Below, piece after piece: positions 22,437 through 33,771 of a DNA stretch of 64,000 nucleotides; positions within the stretch are counted from its first letter, which is position 1; the number at the start of each line of letters is the position of its first letter. The translations under genes and the position numbers were made by a program. The stretch covers positions 310,001 through 374,000 of the forward strand of contig JAKMXF010000300.1 in assembly GCA_024704765.1 (NCBI GenBank). Direction: 5' to 3'. Below the pieces are notes generated by a model that saw only the letters and a list, made by a program, of their open reading frames with translations, did no database searches and was not told where the DNA came from. Source of the stretch: Oopsacas minuta (taxonomy: Eukaryota > Animalia > Porifera).

Positions 22437-22804
22437 GAACACAAAATAGGTTCCAATGTACTTCTGTATCTAGCAATGTTATCATTAAACTCAAACTTTG
22501 ATTTGAAAGTTATGCATTACTAGTATAATTATATTATCGATATTGTATTTATTAATTATTATAATTCTATAATTCTATACCAAATAGTGTATAGGAGATA
22601 TCCATTATATCAAATTTCAATACGTGATACGGCAGATGGTTTCTGCTCTACTTAGGTATAGTTTTCAATATATATATCGTTTGTAGGCTTGTAAGTTGTA
22701 CACGTCTGATTGCAGAATTGCAATGACATTATTTTTACTTGATATTCTATGTATTTACTTTCGTGTTCCATTCTTTTTCTACAGTGACGACTGCTTTGCT
22801 TACA

Positions 22805-24874
22805 ATGGGCAAAGGAAAGCGCTCCAGGGAGCCAGGAACTAAACGACGAACTATCTTACAAATTGACTCTAATAAGATAGCTAGTAGATCTAATGTTAGT
22901 CCACCTCGACATGAGGAGATGCTACCTGTACCAGAGCCTGTTGATGATCAGCTGGCTGAGTTCCTGAAGGAGATATCAGCTCTTGAGGAAGAGAACAAGT
23001 TAAAATCTGAAACGCCTACAACTGACATCCAGCAGGAAGTTCCTAGTGATGCACAAGTGTCTACTGTTAATCAAACTGAATTACCAGAAGGTTGGCAGCG
23101 AGTATTAGACAACACAACTGGATACCATTACTACTGGCATGTAGCTACGAATGAGACCAGCTGGGAGGTACCATCTGTTAAGCAGCTGACTACACAGTCT
23201 AATGAAGCAAGAGAAAATCCAGCTGGACTATCTCTCATTAGTGCTTATTCTGAAACTGATTCAGATAACAGTCCACCTGCCCTACGCAAAGAAGTTGAGA
23301 ATGACCGTGAAACACATTCCATACCTCAACCCATAGCAACCGTAGCTCAGCCAATAGAAGACCCTTCTAATACCTTGAATACAACACAAGATAATACGTT
23401 GCCATTACAGCCTACTACTAGCAACCATGGACATAAAGTAGCCAATACAATCAATACTATAGACTCGTATCAACCAATAATGAACTATTATAAACTCCCT
23501 CTCATACACGCATTCACTCAGACAGAAGATAATATGGATATTAAGCCAACAGATGACGCATTACGACCTCTAATACAACAGCTGGTAGCTGAGGTTAAAC
23601 ATAAACTAGAATTCCTTGGTATAAATTTACAACAAGTTAACCAGCTGCAAGGTATGTTGATTGAGTTAGAAACACGTGTAAATGATTGGAGAGCAGGCTA
23701 CCTCCCTTCTGAGTATACCCTGACTAGATTACAAGAATCAACTCGTGTACTGAGAGAGTACGAACAATCAGCTGCTCCTGTAGGATGGGGTTGTACCTGG
23801 GATCCAAATCAACAGAAATATCAATACATACAGACATCTAGTGGTAGGACTGTATGGGAATATTCTAGTGCAGTAGCTGTTAGTTCTGAAGTGTTAGGAG
23901 ATGAGGATATGGTGTTATCAGGGAGTGAAGATGGTGAGTGTCCTCCTCTCCCTCCTCTCCCCACTTCTCCTACTTCTGGACCGCCTCCACCCCCAGCTGA
24001 CGTTACCAATCAATCAGCTGATCTAAAGTTCCCTATAGAACCCCCTCTACCCAGTTCTACCCCTCAACCCGCTTCTATTCAATCTAGCAATCCCCCTCTC
24101 CCTGATTTACCCCCTTCAGAATCCTCTAGTCCTCCTCCTCTTCCGATTATCCCCGAGACAACCCCTGCTATTCCTCCTCCCCTCCCACCTAACAACTCAC
24201 CCCTTCCCCCTTGTCCAGATATCCCTGTGTCTCCATTACCTCCCTCAGACAACTCAGACATGTCTCACTCACCAGCCACCAGATCACCTCCCACCAAACC
24301 CAACTCTCCTCTCCCTCCATTACAACAGGACACTTCTTCGTCACAACACGTTATACCTCCACAGTATTATCCTCAGCAAGATCAACAACAATTAGTTTAT
24401 ACTTATTATAATCCTACTAACAGTGCCAATTACGATGCTTACAGCCAAGCTACTTATTTACAACATCAATACACACCTCCGGCTATTGAATCTCCTAAGA
24501 GCCCTCAATCTAGTGGGAAAGCTAAAATCAAGAAATCTAGTTCTTCTAATGCAAAGAAGATTCCACCCTCCAGTCTATCTACACATGCAGTATCTCTTAA
24601 GAAGAAAGGTATAGCTGGTATGCTGGAGAAATGGCAACAGCTGCATACAGTAGAAGCTTCTTCTGAAGACTCTGATTCTGAAATTGAAGAAGAAAGCAGT
24701 TTGAAAGACAGAATTGCTGAATGGAAGAAGGAACAGCTTGTCTCTGGGAAAGCTAAGGAAAATGCGAACTTTCATAATATTCATGGTAACTGGAAAGATA
24801 AGATTAAGCGCGCCAAACAGAACTCCACAGCTGATTCATCTCTACTCCATCTCTCTCAACCTACTGAAGGGTAA
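22805..24874 (+). CDS. FNBP4: Formin-binding protein 4-like (two WW domains, proline-rich)
   Basis: N-terminus MGKGKRSREPGTKRRTILQ; WW domains LPEGWQRV...YYWHVATNETSWEVP and PVGWGCTW...VWEY; C-terminal RIAEWKKEQLVSGKAKENANF. Intronless. Confidence 0.85.
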   Translation: MGKGKRSREPGTKRRTILQIDSNKIASRSNVSPPRHEEMLPVPEPVDDQLAEFLKEISALEEENKLKSETPTTDIQQEVPSDAQVSTVNQTELPEGWQRVLDNTTGYHYYWHVATNETSWEVPSVKQLTTQSNEARENPAGLSLISAYSETDSDNSPPALRKEVENDRETHSIPQPIATVAQPIEDPSNTLNTTQDNTLPLQPTTSNHGHKVANTINTIDSYQPIMNYYKLPLIHAFTQTEDNMDIKPTDDALRPLIQQLVAEVKHKLEFLGINLQQVNQLQGMLIELETRVNDWRAGYLPSEYTLTRLQESTRVLREYEQSAAPVGWGCTWDPNQQKYQYIQTSSGRTVWEYSSAVAVSSEVLGDEDMVLSGSEDGECPPLPPLPTSPTSGPPPPPADVTNQSADLKFPIEPPLPSSTPQPASIQSSNPPLPDLPPSESSSPPPLPIIPETTPAIPPPLPPNNSPLPPCPDIPVSPLPPSDNSDMSHSPATRSPPTKPNSPLPPLQQDTSSSQHVIPPQYYPQQDQQQLVYTYYNPTNSANYDAYSQATYLQHQYTPPAIESPKSPQSSGKAKIKKSSSSNAKKIPPSSLSTHAVSLKKKGIAGMLEKWQQLHTVEASSEDSDSEIEEESSLKDRIAEWKKEQLVSGKAKENANFHNIHGNWKDKIKRAKQNSTADSSLLHLSQPTEG

Positions 24875-25011
24875 GTCTACATGTATGGTAAGGATAATAC
24901 TTTTGTTTCTTTATTTCAATGTAGTTATAAATTATCCAATTTAGTATATAAGAATTAGAAATATCTCTAAAAATCAACGAATTTACCGTTAAAGTAGTTC
25001 AATTAGCTGTA

Positions 25012-27876
25012 ATGAGTTCTGATGAAGCTTCCTCACCTCTTAACCCTGATGGGAAGAACAGATTCTACTCTGACGCTCTTCTCACGAAAGGAAAGTCTCG
25101 TGGTAGAAGTCTAACTAATTGTTCAAAACTGTTGATAGCATGTATCTTATTGCTTTTACTTCTATTGCTTGTGATTGTGCTAGTTGCTGTATTCGTAGTT
25201 GTTCTACATAAAGTTGTTGCAGAAGAAGTAGCCGAGCCTTGGAAATCTAAACGATTGCCTTCTTCAGCTAAACCTGAGACTTATGATATAACGCTCAATG
25301 TTGATTTGGATACTTTAACAGTTACGGGAGAAGAATCCATTAATGTAAAAGTAGTGGAGAATACCCAATGGATATTACTGCAATATAGTGAGAGCATGAA
25401 TATTACTAGCGTGGATGTGCTAGATTCTGGCAAATCTCAGGAAGGAGTTTCAAACGAGTTACACCCTGATAACGAGTATGTGGCTATTTCTAAGGAAGGG
25501 GACTTCAATAAAAATAAAGTCTACACGGTTGTTGTGAAGTTCTCTTACTATTTATACTCTGGTGGTCTGTCAGGGTTCTATAACAGTACTTACAATGAGG
25601 ACGGGGAAGCCGTTGTTTTAGCTACAACACAGTTTGAACCTATTTACGCTAGAAAGGCGTTTCCTTGCTTTGATGAGCCTGCAATGAAGGCTAACTTCAC
25701 TATTACAATTGTACACCCGAATACCACAATAGCTCTATCAAACATGCCCATTCTAGCCATGCATAATGATGAAGATGGTGTAATTACAACTCATTTTGCG
25801 CCTTCCGTTCCTATGAGTACATATTTGGTTGCTTTTATCGTCTGTGAATTTAAGTTTACAACTAGTTTGACTAATGCTAGTGTTAATGTAAGCGTGTACG
25901 CTCGTCCTAGTCTGGTTAACGATACGAAGTATTCTCTGGATATTGCAGTTCAAGTTTTGGAATATTATGAACAATTCTTTGGTATTAATTACCCTCTAAT
26001 AAAAATGGATCTTGTCGCGATTCCCGATTTTAACGCGGGGGCAATGGAGAATTGGGGGTTGGTAACTTATCGCGAAACTGCGCTTCTCGTCACAGAAAAC
26101 GTGAGTTCATCAGCTGATAAACAGTGGGTTACAGAAGTAGTTGCTCATGAATTAGCTCACCAATGGTTTGGTAATCTCGTGACAATGGCTTGGTGGCAAG
26201 ATCTGTGGCTTAACGAAGGATTCGCTACATACATTTCATATCTAGGCACTAACATATGTCATCCTGAATGGAATTACCTTGATTTCTTCATTATTGGAGA
26301 TCTGCATGTTGCTCTTGAAGCTGATGGTTTTAACGAAACTCATCCAATAATACAATCAGCTGAGACTCTCAGTGAAATTAACGGTTTGTTTGATTCTATT
26401 TCCTACTCGAAAGGGGGGTCACTTATCAGAATGATTATAGGATTTATGGGTATGGAGGAATTCAGACTGGGATTGAACCATTATTTGAATAAACACAAGT
26501 ATGGTAATGCAAAGAGCGCTGATCTTTGGAGTGCTCTTCAGGGTGTAGTTGAAAACGTTCCTTACAATATTACTGCGGTTATGGACACCTGGACAATACA
26601 AGGAGGATATCCTATCCTTACTGTTACACTAACTGATGGGTGTGCTAAGCTAAAAGTTACTCAAGAGCGTTTTGTGATAGTTCCCACTGATCCGAAGGAT
26701 TTTGCGAAGTCTGAATTTAACTACATTTGGAAAGTTCCTATAAATTTTATCACAGACTCGAATCCGGATCCTTCTGAGACATTTTGGCTAAATAAGAAAG
26801 AAGATGAATTTACTCGTACTAGTTTGAGTAAGGACTGCAAGTGGTTGAAAGCTAACTTTGGAGAACTAGGGTTCTATCGGGTTAATTATGAGGACGCTCA
26901 ATGGACGGCACTGACTGATCTACTCAATACTGATCATACACAATTACAAACAGCTGATCGAGCTAACCTTCTTGATGATGCTGTGTCTCTTTCTATAGCT
27001 GGGTTCATAACTCCAATGCAAGCTTTGGATCTAGTGTCTTATCTGAAACAAGAAACTGACTATATTGCATTGAGAGTTGGTTTGCTATCTCTATCACAAA
27101 TACATACAAAAGTAATATTATCCAAGGTAGAGGGAAGCTTTACAGATTATGTCCTGTGTCTACTAGAGACTGAGATTGAGGAGGCTGTTGGAACCTTTCC
27201 GAATGCCACAACTGGCCATTTAGAAAATCTTAAGAGGAGTTTGATCCTTAAGTATGCTCTTCTATATGGAAACACAACTTTTGCAGGTTTGGCTTTAGAT
27301 GAATTCGAATCATTCATGGCTGGCACTAAAGAACCAGTTCCTGACCTGAAGGATGTTATTCTTACTGCTGGTATTAGAGAAGGGGGACAAGCTGAATGGG
27401 AATTTCTTTGGAATAAGTATGTTGAGTCAGATAATCCTACAGAACAATCTGCTATTCTATCTGCTCTCTCCTATACGAAAGAGCCCTGGCTTATCCAGCT
27501 ATATCTAGATAGGAGTTTGACAGAAGTTAGAAGTCAAGACGGGCTTACAGTGCTGAGACGTTTAGCTTCCAATTCTTACGCCTGGCCTTACTTATGGAAT
27601 TTCTTTAAGGAAAACTATGATGAGTTATTTAACAGATATGGTTCTTCACTGAGCTTCGGGAGAGCTATCACTGCAGCTACCGGACACTTTACAACACAGA
27701 ATCAACTCGATGAACTGGAAATGTTCTTCTCAAACAGAGATGCTGGGTCTGGGATTGTCGCACTCAAGTCTGGCATTGAACAGATAAAGTCTAACATCAA
27801 CTGGCTGGATAAAAACCTGGATAATATCGATAATTGGCTTCATGAATTTCTTCTTGCTAACTGTAACAAGATGTAG
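25012..27876 (+). CDS. M1 family membrane zinc aminopeptidase (aminopeptidase N/A-like)
   Basis: Type II TM anchor, TQFEPIYARKAFPCFDEP, GAMENWG, HELAHQWFGNLVT...WLNEGFA (HEXXH-x18-E), ERAP1-like C domain. Intronless. Confidence 0.93.
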   Translation: MSSDEASSPLNPDGKNRFYSDALLTKGKSRGRSLTNCSKLLIACILLLLLLLLVIVLVAVFVVVLHKVVAEEVAEPWKSKRLPSSAKPETYDITLNVDLDTLTVTGEESINVKVVENTQWILLQYSESMNITSVDVLDSGKSQEGVSNELHPDNEYVAISKEGDFNKNKVYTVVVKFSYYLYSGGLSGFYNSTYNEDGEAVVLATTQFEPIYARKAFPCFDEPAMKANFTITIVHPNTTIALSNMPILAMHNDEDGVITTHFAPSVPMSTYLVAFIVCEFKFTTSLTNASVNVSVYARPSLVNDTKYSLDIAVQVLEYYEQFFGINYPLIKMDLVAIPDFNAGAMENWGLVTYRETALLVTENVSSSADKQWVTEVVAHELAHQWFGNLVTMAWWQDLWLNEGFATYISYLGTNICHPEWNYLDFFIIGDLHVALEADGFNETHPIIQSAETLSEINGLFDSISYSKGGSLIRMIIGFMGMEEFRLGLNHYLNKHKYGNAKSADLWSALQGVVENVPYNITAVMDTWTIQGGYPILTVTLTDGCAKLKVTQERFVIVPTDPKDFAKSEFNYIWKVPINFITDSNPDPSETFWLNKKEDEFTRTSLSKDCKWLKANFGELGFYRVNYEDAQWTALTDLLNTDHTQLQTADRANLLDDAVSLSIAGFITPMQALDLVSYLKQETDYIALRVGLLSLSQIHTKVILSKVEGSFTDYVLCLLETEIEEAVGTFPNATTGHLENLKRSLILKYALLYGNTTFAGLALDEFESFMAGTKEPVPDLKDVILTAGIREGGQAEWEFLWNKYVESDNPTEQSAILSALSYTKEPWLIQLYLDRSLTEVRSQDGLTVLRRLASNSYAWPYLWNFFKENYDELFNRYGSSLSFGRAITAATGHFTTQNQLDELEMFFSNRDAGSGIVALKSGIEQIKSNINWLDKNLDNIDNWLHEFLLANCNKM

Positions 27877-28079
27877 TTCTTGTAGCAAAGCTTAACTTTT
27901 GTTATGTTTCATTCCCTCGCTCGTTAGAATAGACTATCTCTACTTTTGATTCGCGACTTTATGTATACTGTATCCTATAGGATGTAGTTTATACTTGTTT
28001 GATATTATCAAGAAATATATAATTTGTTTGTGTTTATTATTAATAATTGTATACTGTGTGTATTTACGTAGAATATTTA

Positions 28080-30086
28080 ATGGCGAGTAAGATAGGTGGT
28101 GTAGAGATGGGAGAGGACGATCCTCATAAAGTTAGTTTCAGGGGACAAGCTCTTAAAGTTGATACCGTTGAAGATGCTCAGAGTATTATTGATCAAATTG
28201 AGAAATGCGATGAACTATTAACTCTTGAGTTATCTGGGAATACATTTGGAGTAGAAGCAGCTGAAGCAATAGCTCATGTTCTAGAAGAAAAGAAATACTT
28301 AAAGAATTGTCTTTGGTCAGATATGTTCACTGGGCGCCTCAGAAGTGAAATTCCTTCGATATTATCTTCTCTATGTAATGCTGTAATTAAGGCGAACACT
28401 CATTTAGTTGTGTTAGACCTATCAGATAATGCATTTGGTCCTGACGGTATAAAAGCTGTAGAGCAGCTACTAACTAGTCCTGCTTGCTATTCACTAGAGG
28501 AGCTCTATTTCAATAATAATGGCTTAGGTTCTGGAGGTGAAATTCTAGCCAAAGCATTGACAGAGTGTCATAAAAATGCCAGTGAAGCTGGGGCTAAGTT
28601 TGCACTTAAAACTTTTGCTTGTGGGAGAAACAGAATTGAGAGTGATAAAGTCAAACCGCTAGCAGAAGCTTTTAAACTCTTACAAACACTAGAGGTTATT
28701 CGTATGCCACAAAATGGAATAAATCATGTTGGAATTGCAGCATTAGCAAAGAGTTTTGAATCTAATCCGAATTTGACCGAAATTGATCTTCATGATAATA
28801 CCTTCGCTCCCAAAGGTTCTAAAGCAATTTCTGAGGTTTTGCCAAAATTATTAAAACTCCGAGTAGTAAATTTCGATGATTGTTTACTACGTGATGAAGG
28901 CGCGCAGATTCTATCACATGGATTCACTAAAGAACATACTCATCTGGAAATTGTAAAATTAGGTATGTTTGGTATAGCTTACGAATTCTTCTTATAATAA
29001 TTTACTTATATATTACAGAAGCTAACGAGATTAAAACAGATGGAGCAATCGCACTAACAGACATTATTTCAACTCTACCTGCTATAGTAAATTTCAATTT
29101 GAATACTAATGAGCTGGGGAAAGATACAATTAAAGATATTAGAACTAAAATGAAGTCAGCTGGTAAGGAAAAAGTTCTTGATACTTTCAGTGGGGATGAG
29201 TTAGATGATGGAAATAGTGATTATGACCCAGAGAATGTGAATAACTCTCAAGGTAGTCATTTATATAATTTACTCAAATATTATAATACAATTTACAGTA
29301 GAACTCGGATAAGACAAGTTTGTCTTATCCGAGTATTCTTACTAACTTAGTTCTACTGTATTTGAATGCTAATAGTGAAGAAATTCTAGACTAGTCATGA
29401 TGTTCAATTACTTATCCCACAAGAACCGACACACGTAATTATGTAGATATTCTATTAACATAGGTTGCTAATTTTACGAATGTATATTGATTGTTTAACA
29501 ATATTCTCCAGATGGTGAAGATTCAAATAAAGATAAGCTAGACCATTCTTTAGAGAACGCAACCGCGAAAAATTTGGAAAACAACTTAAACGATCCACCA
29601 ACTAATGAACAAGTAAACTCATTCCTAACCGAACCATCTTTTGAGAAATTTACAATACTTGGTAACAACTGTCTCCCTGTAATTTTGGTACATATTTCAA
29701 GGGACAAAGATGCAGAAATTATTACGGATATGATAGTACGCTTGTCTGCCATTTGGTATGAGTGTGAAGCTCAACAACTCATAACATTCCTTGTTGAAAT
29801 ACTCGACGCTATCCTTGCGGAATCCACGAAAAATAATTCTTACTTCTCTTCACAGTTTATAAACTATATCCTTGTGCATATGGGTATGATCAAATCTGAA
29901 GATAAGAAGTTTAAACCGTTGGATAAACTCGGTCCTATCCTCTCTATATTATCAGAGATAATTAATACCGGACATTTCTCGAAAACTGATAAAGATACTT
30001 TGCTAATTTTCTTACAAAAACCATTCCCAAAATTGTTAGAATCGCCCACTGAATTGAGTATACTCATAGGACGAATATTCTCTTGA
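28080..30086 (+). CDS. RANGAP1: Ran GTPase-activating protein 1
   Basis: LRRs (LSGNTFGVEA, SDMFTGRLRSEIP, LSDNAFGPDG, CGRNRIE), acidic linker, C domain VHMGMIKSEDK. Introns 28963-29018 and 29253-29511 restore the frame. Confidence 0.92.
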
Positions 30087-31320
30087 TTAATTACTGATTT
30101 CATAGTAACTCTCTTTCCTACAACAGCTACAGCATCATGTTATTTGTTTGTCATGTTTGTTATTGTTAATAGATTCCATATTCTGTGGGAATGTTTAATA
30201 TAATTACAAGTTTAATGCGATAATCTCTTTAACTAATTATAATTTTATTTATAATTAGCCCATATACTACTTTGATGTTAAAAGGTAGCATAATTTGATA
30301 ATCTGTAATTATATAGTTTATCTGTTACAGAAAGTATTAAACACGTAATAGTGTCCTGATCATGAGATATTACAATCTGCTCCACTAAGTGTAAGTTCAC
30401 TCGGGTTTATGGTCATACCAAGATAATAATATGTTGTAACTCATTAATAATATTCAATATTGTTTGAGTAATAAATATTTACGTTGTATGAAAATTAATT
30501 ATTTTCTCATGTCCGCTTCACAATATTTCAATATCCTAATTCGACCATTACGGAGTATGTAATATATTAATAATAAGAACTTCTATAGCTGTGTAATTGA
30601 GTTTTCTCGATACTTGCCTCATTTGAACTTTCTACACAATACTCTACCTCTATGTAATTTACAATGATATCAATATGCCATATAATATTCATTAGACAAC
30701 CTTTTGCTAATGACTTCAATTTACACGCGTACAAAGTTCATTAGTTCACTAGTTAATATTTGAATAATTATAACTTCCATACGAGTATTCTTTATAAATT
30801 AATCCTTAGAAATGGCTGTTCAAATTCTGAGTATTTTCCTGAGAACATTTCTCAGTGGTTTGCAAGAGAATATATAGCTTGGAACCAATATGCTACATTA
30901 GTTGTTAACAGTATATTATTTGACTACAGTATAGATTGTGGTTTGAATTTCGATTGGTGATATCGACTCATTGCTAGATTGAAAATACCATCTTCCCAAT
31001 TTCCATTTATGTATAATAGTATACGTAGATATACCAAAATTCACATTAAGACGTTACTTCTTGAAATATTCTATCGCGAATTTGTACAAAGTATCCTTTT
31101 CTATCATTTTGTGAAAATCTATCCATACAATTTCTTTAATTTGACAAAAATATGTGTACAAACGAGTTTCTAATTGCTCATAATTTCAAACAGTTAAACT
31201 TTCCTTAAATTTCTTAATAGAGTTCGTATAATTTAAGAGATATCAGATCTTCAATCATTATCAGTGAAATCTACAATGTTTGAATACTACAAACTGTTCA
31301 CTATAACTTCCACTCATTCA

Positions 31321-31331
31321 GTATATAAGAG
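31321..31331 (+). promoter_or_regulatory. TATA-box-like element upstream of the ankyrin PP1-regulator gene
   Basis: gTATATAAGag about 80 nt upstream of the ATG at 31406; a weak signal in AT-rich DNA. Confidence 0.3.
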
Positions 31332-31405
31332 TCCAGTTTTTATATACACTGTCTAACTCAGGTTTTCTACTACTACCTTCCAACATATATACATTAATAA
31401 TTGTA

Positions 31406-32299
31406 ATGGAGTTTTATATTCACAAAAAAACTGCAGGAGGTAGTCATCAGAAAAGTATTACATGTGTACGTCGTGACAGAAAGACATATTGCACTTCCAC
31501 GATTCCTCTCAAATTAAATATACACACCATATGCACTAATTCCCCGACCAAACCATCTCAAAAGAGACGGGTATCATTCGATAATATGACCATACTGAAT
31601 GCTGCTATACGTGAGGATAATATTGAAGATGCACAAGCAGTTATGTCCTCGATAAGTTTACACTCATTGAATGCTACAGGGACTTCTGGTATATCTCCAT
31701 TGCATCAAGCTTGCCTCGATTCGAACCTCAAAATGGTAGATTTGCTTCTTAAGAAAGGGGTTAATTCTTCTGTTAAAGATGCTGACGAATGGACCCCTCT
31801 CCATGTAGCTTGTAGTCAGGATGCGTTAGAAATCGTGAAATTACTTCTAGAGTATAATGCAGATCCGTGTCTTCTCAATCTAGATGATGAACACCCAACT
31901 GACTTAACTGATAATGAAGATATAAAAGCTGTACTCAATCGACATAGTAAATCATCTGTGAAAGAGAACTTCGAAACTTCTCTACTCTCGTGTCTGAAAG
32001 CTGCGGTTATAGAAGACAGAGTTGATTCTTTCCTACAAACAATTTACATATCAAACCAAGGCACACTTCTGCACTTATCTGCAGCGTACGGATTCAAGAA
32101 ACTCGCTACCTATATTTTAGAGAATAAATTTATAGCAGTAGATACCATGGACAACGAAAACTGGACACCACTACATGCTGCTTATTATTGGGAAAACGAG
32201 AATATTGTCACTTTACTGCTTAAATACAACGCCAACCCTGATCTCGTAACAAAGGACTATTCTTCTATTGAAGATTTGAAGAAGGAAAGGTCCTATTAA
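31406..32299 (+). CDS. Ankyrin-repeat protein phosphatase 1 regulatory subunit (PPP1R12/16/27-like)
   Basis: RVxF motif KRRVSF immediately before ankyrin repeats (GISPLHQAC, DEWTPLHVAC, ENWTPLHAA). Intronless. Confidence 0.75.
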   Translation: MEFYIHKKTAGGSHQKSITCVRRDRKTYCTSTIPLKLNIHTICTNSPTKPSQKRRVSFDNMTILNAAIREDNIEDAQAVMSSISLHSLNATGTSGISPLHQACLDSNLKMVDLLLKKGVNSSVKDADEWTPLHVACSQDALEIVKLLLEYNADPCLLNLDDEHPTDLTDNEDIKAVLNRHSKSSVKENFETSLLSCLKAAVIEDRVDSFLQTIYISNQGTLLHLSAAYGFKKLATYILENKFIAVDTMDNENWTPLHAAYYWENENIVTLLLKYNANPDLVTKDYSSIEDLKKERSY

Positions 32300-33295
32300 A
32301 GATGATATATACATTTATAAATATATGAATACTGTTTTATGATGTATCTCATCTCATCTCATGACAGCTTTACGTAGCTATCACTATTTTTAATTAAATC
32401 TGGTTATTTGTTTATGGAAATATTTTGAATATTTACAATTTGCTTATTTTTTAGAAATGGAAGTAAGACAAATTTAATCTTCGTGAAAATTGTTAAAGTA
32501 ATATACAATTAAACTCTATAATCGAGTGATAACGAAATCTGTGTTTAATGGTATTTTTCTCCCCAAACTATTACGCTTTTACCAGATACAGGACGTAGTA
32601 TAGCTGCTAATTTCTATTTCTTTGATCTGAGTTAATTTTGTTATCACCTAATTGGATTCATGTTCTATTTAAACTTTAATAGAGTTGCTAATTATTTTGT
32701 TTGTTTACTAATTGGGTGTTTGATGATTGGAAAAACTTTATTACCATTTTGCAATATTTGGTAAAATTGCGTTACAATTCTCTGTATATTTGAGATTATA
32801 CGATAAGCTTGATCTATTTGTGAAATGCAATGATAGTAGGATGAGATCATGAGGAGATTACATGAATGAATACGTGTGTTACACTCTCCCACTCTATTAT
32901 TTAATAATACTTACAGTGTGGATGTTCTAATAATGATATTGCTTGATTTTATAGTGCCATACATGTTCTAATAAAATTAGTAGAATTGTCTTTTTCTCTC
33001 ACTTAATACTTTACAAGAATTATAATCTGTAAACTGCGTCTTTTATGTGTAAACTCTCTCAATTATGTATGTTAGAAAATAATCCAGTACAACTTTTCAA
33101 AACTGAATGTCTGTTAATTCCTAATAACAGTACCTTCTTCTATATACAAACAATCCAAGCAATATAATTGGGTTAAATAGGCATTCATAATTCCACCAAT
33201 CCTCTCTCTGGAGTCTTAGTTTGAATTATCTAGCATCATTAATAAAACGAATAACAATTTTGTGACCGCCACTAGACTAAGAGTTTTCACATCAA

Positions 33296-33637
33296 ATGGA
33301 AGTTCGAGAGGCTGAGCGTAAAAAGAATATAAATGAATTCCTCTCCTGTCTGCATATGACTAGCTCTAATTTCCTAGATGACTTTACCCCTTCCAGGGAC
33401 ACCAGGCCTGAAAAACAACTTTATAAAGATGTTTTAGTTGACAACTCGAAATCTGTTTTATTGCAATTCGGACAAGCACATCCATTTCTTATAGAGGTTG
33501 AAAAAGAAAAACAGCGAATTAAACAACGGGAAAAAGAAATTGAGCGCGAGGCTCAGCTGTTAATTGTTAGAAAAAAGAGAGAAAGATCCCAAATAGAGGA
33601 CCAAAATGTAAAAAAGAAAAAACCCAATGAGTGTTGA
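33296..33637 (+). CDS. Hypothetical 113-aa charged coiled-coil protein with basic C-terminal NLS-like tail
   Basis: ATG-initiated ORF in otherwise stop-rich DNA, E/K/R-rich helix, ends KKKKPNEC; 134 nt upstream of CDK5RAP3 in the same orientation. No family recognised. Confidence 0.55.
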   Translation: MEVREAERKKNINEFLSCLHMTSSNFLDDFTPSRDTRPEKQLYKDVLVDNSKSVLLQFGQAHPFLIEVEKEKQRIKQREKEIEREAQLLIVRKKRERSQIEDQNVKKKKPNEC

Positions 33638-33771
33638 AAATGGAAAATTTTTACTTGTGAATCAAAAACTTGTATGCGTACTTAATTATTTGAAATAAAT
33701 ATCTTGAAATTTTTGGGTGTAAATTACATATAAAACAGCAATTTTGTTATTCTCTATGGTTAGCTTGCTGA

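Noticed and set aside
23930-24330. C-rich low-complexity tract resembling a repeat or G-quadruplex element
   Set aside because: Explained by the proline-rich coding region of FNBP4.
29253-29511. RanGAP1 appearing split into separate ORFs
   Set aside because: A phase-1 intron 29253-29511 joins the LRR/acidic part to the C domain.
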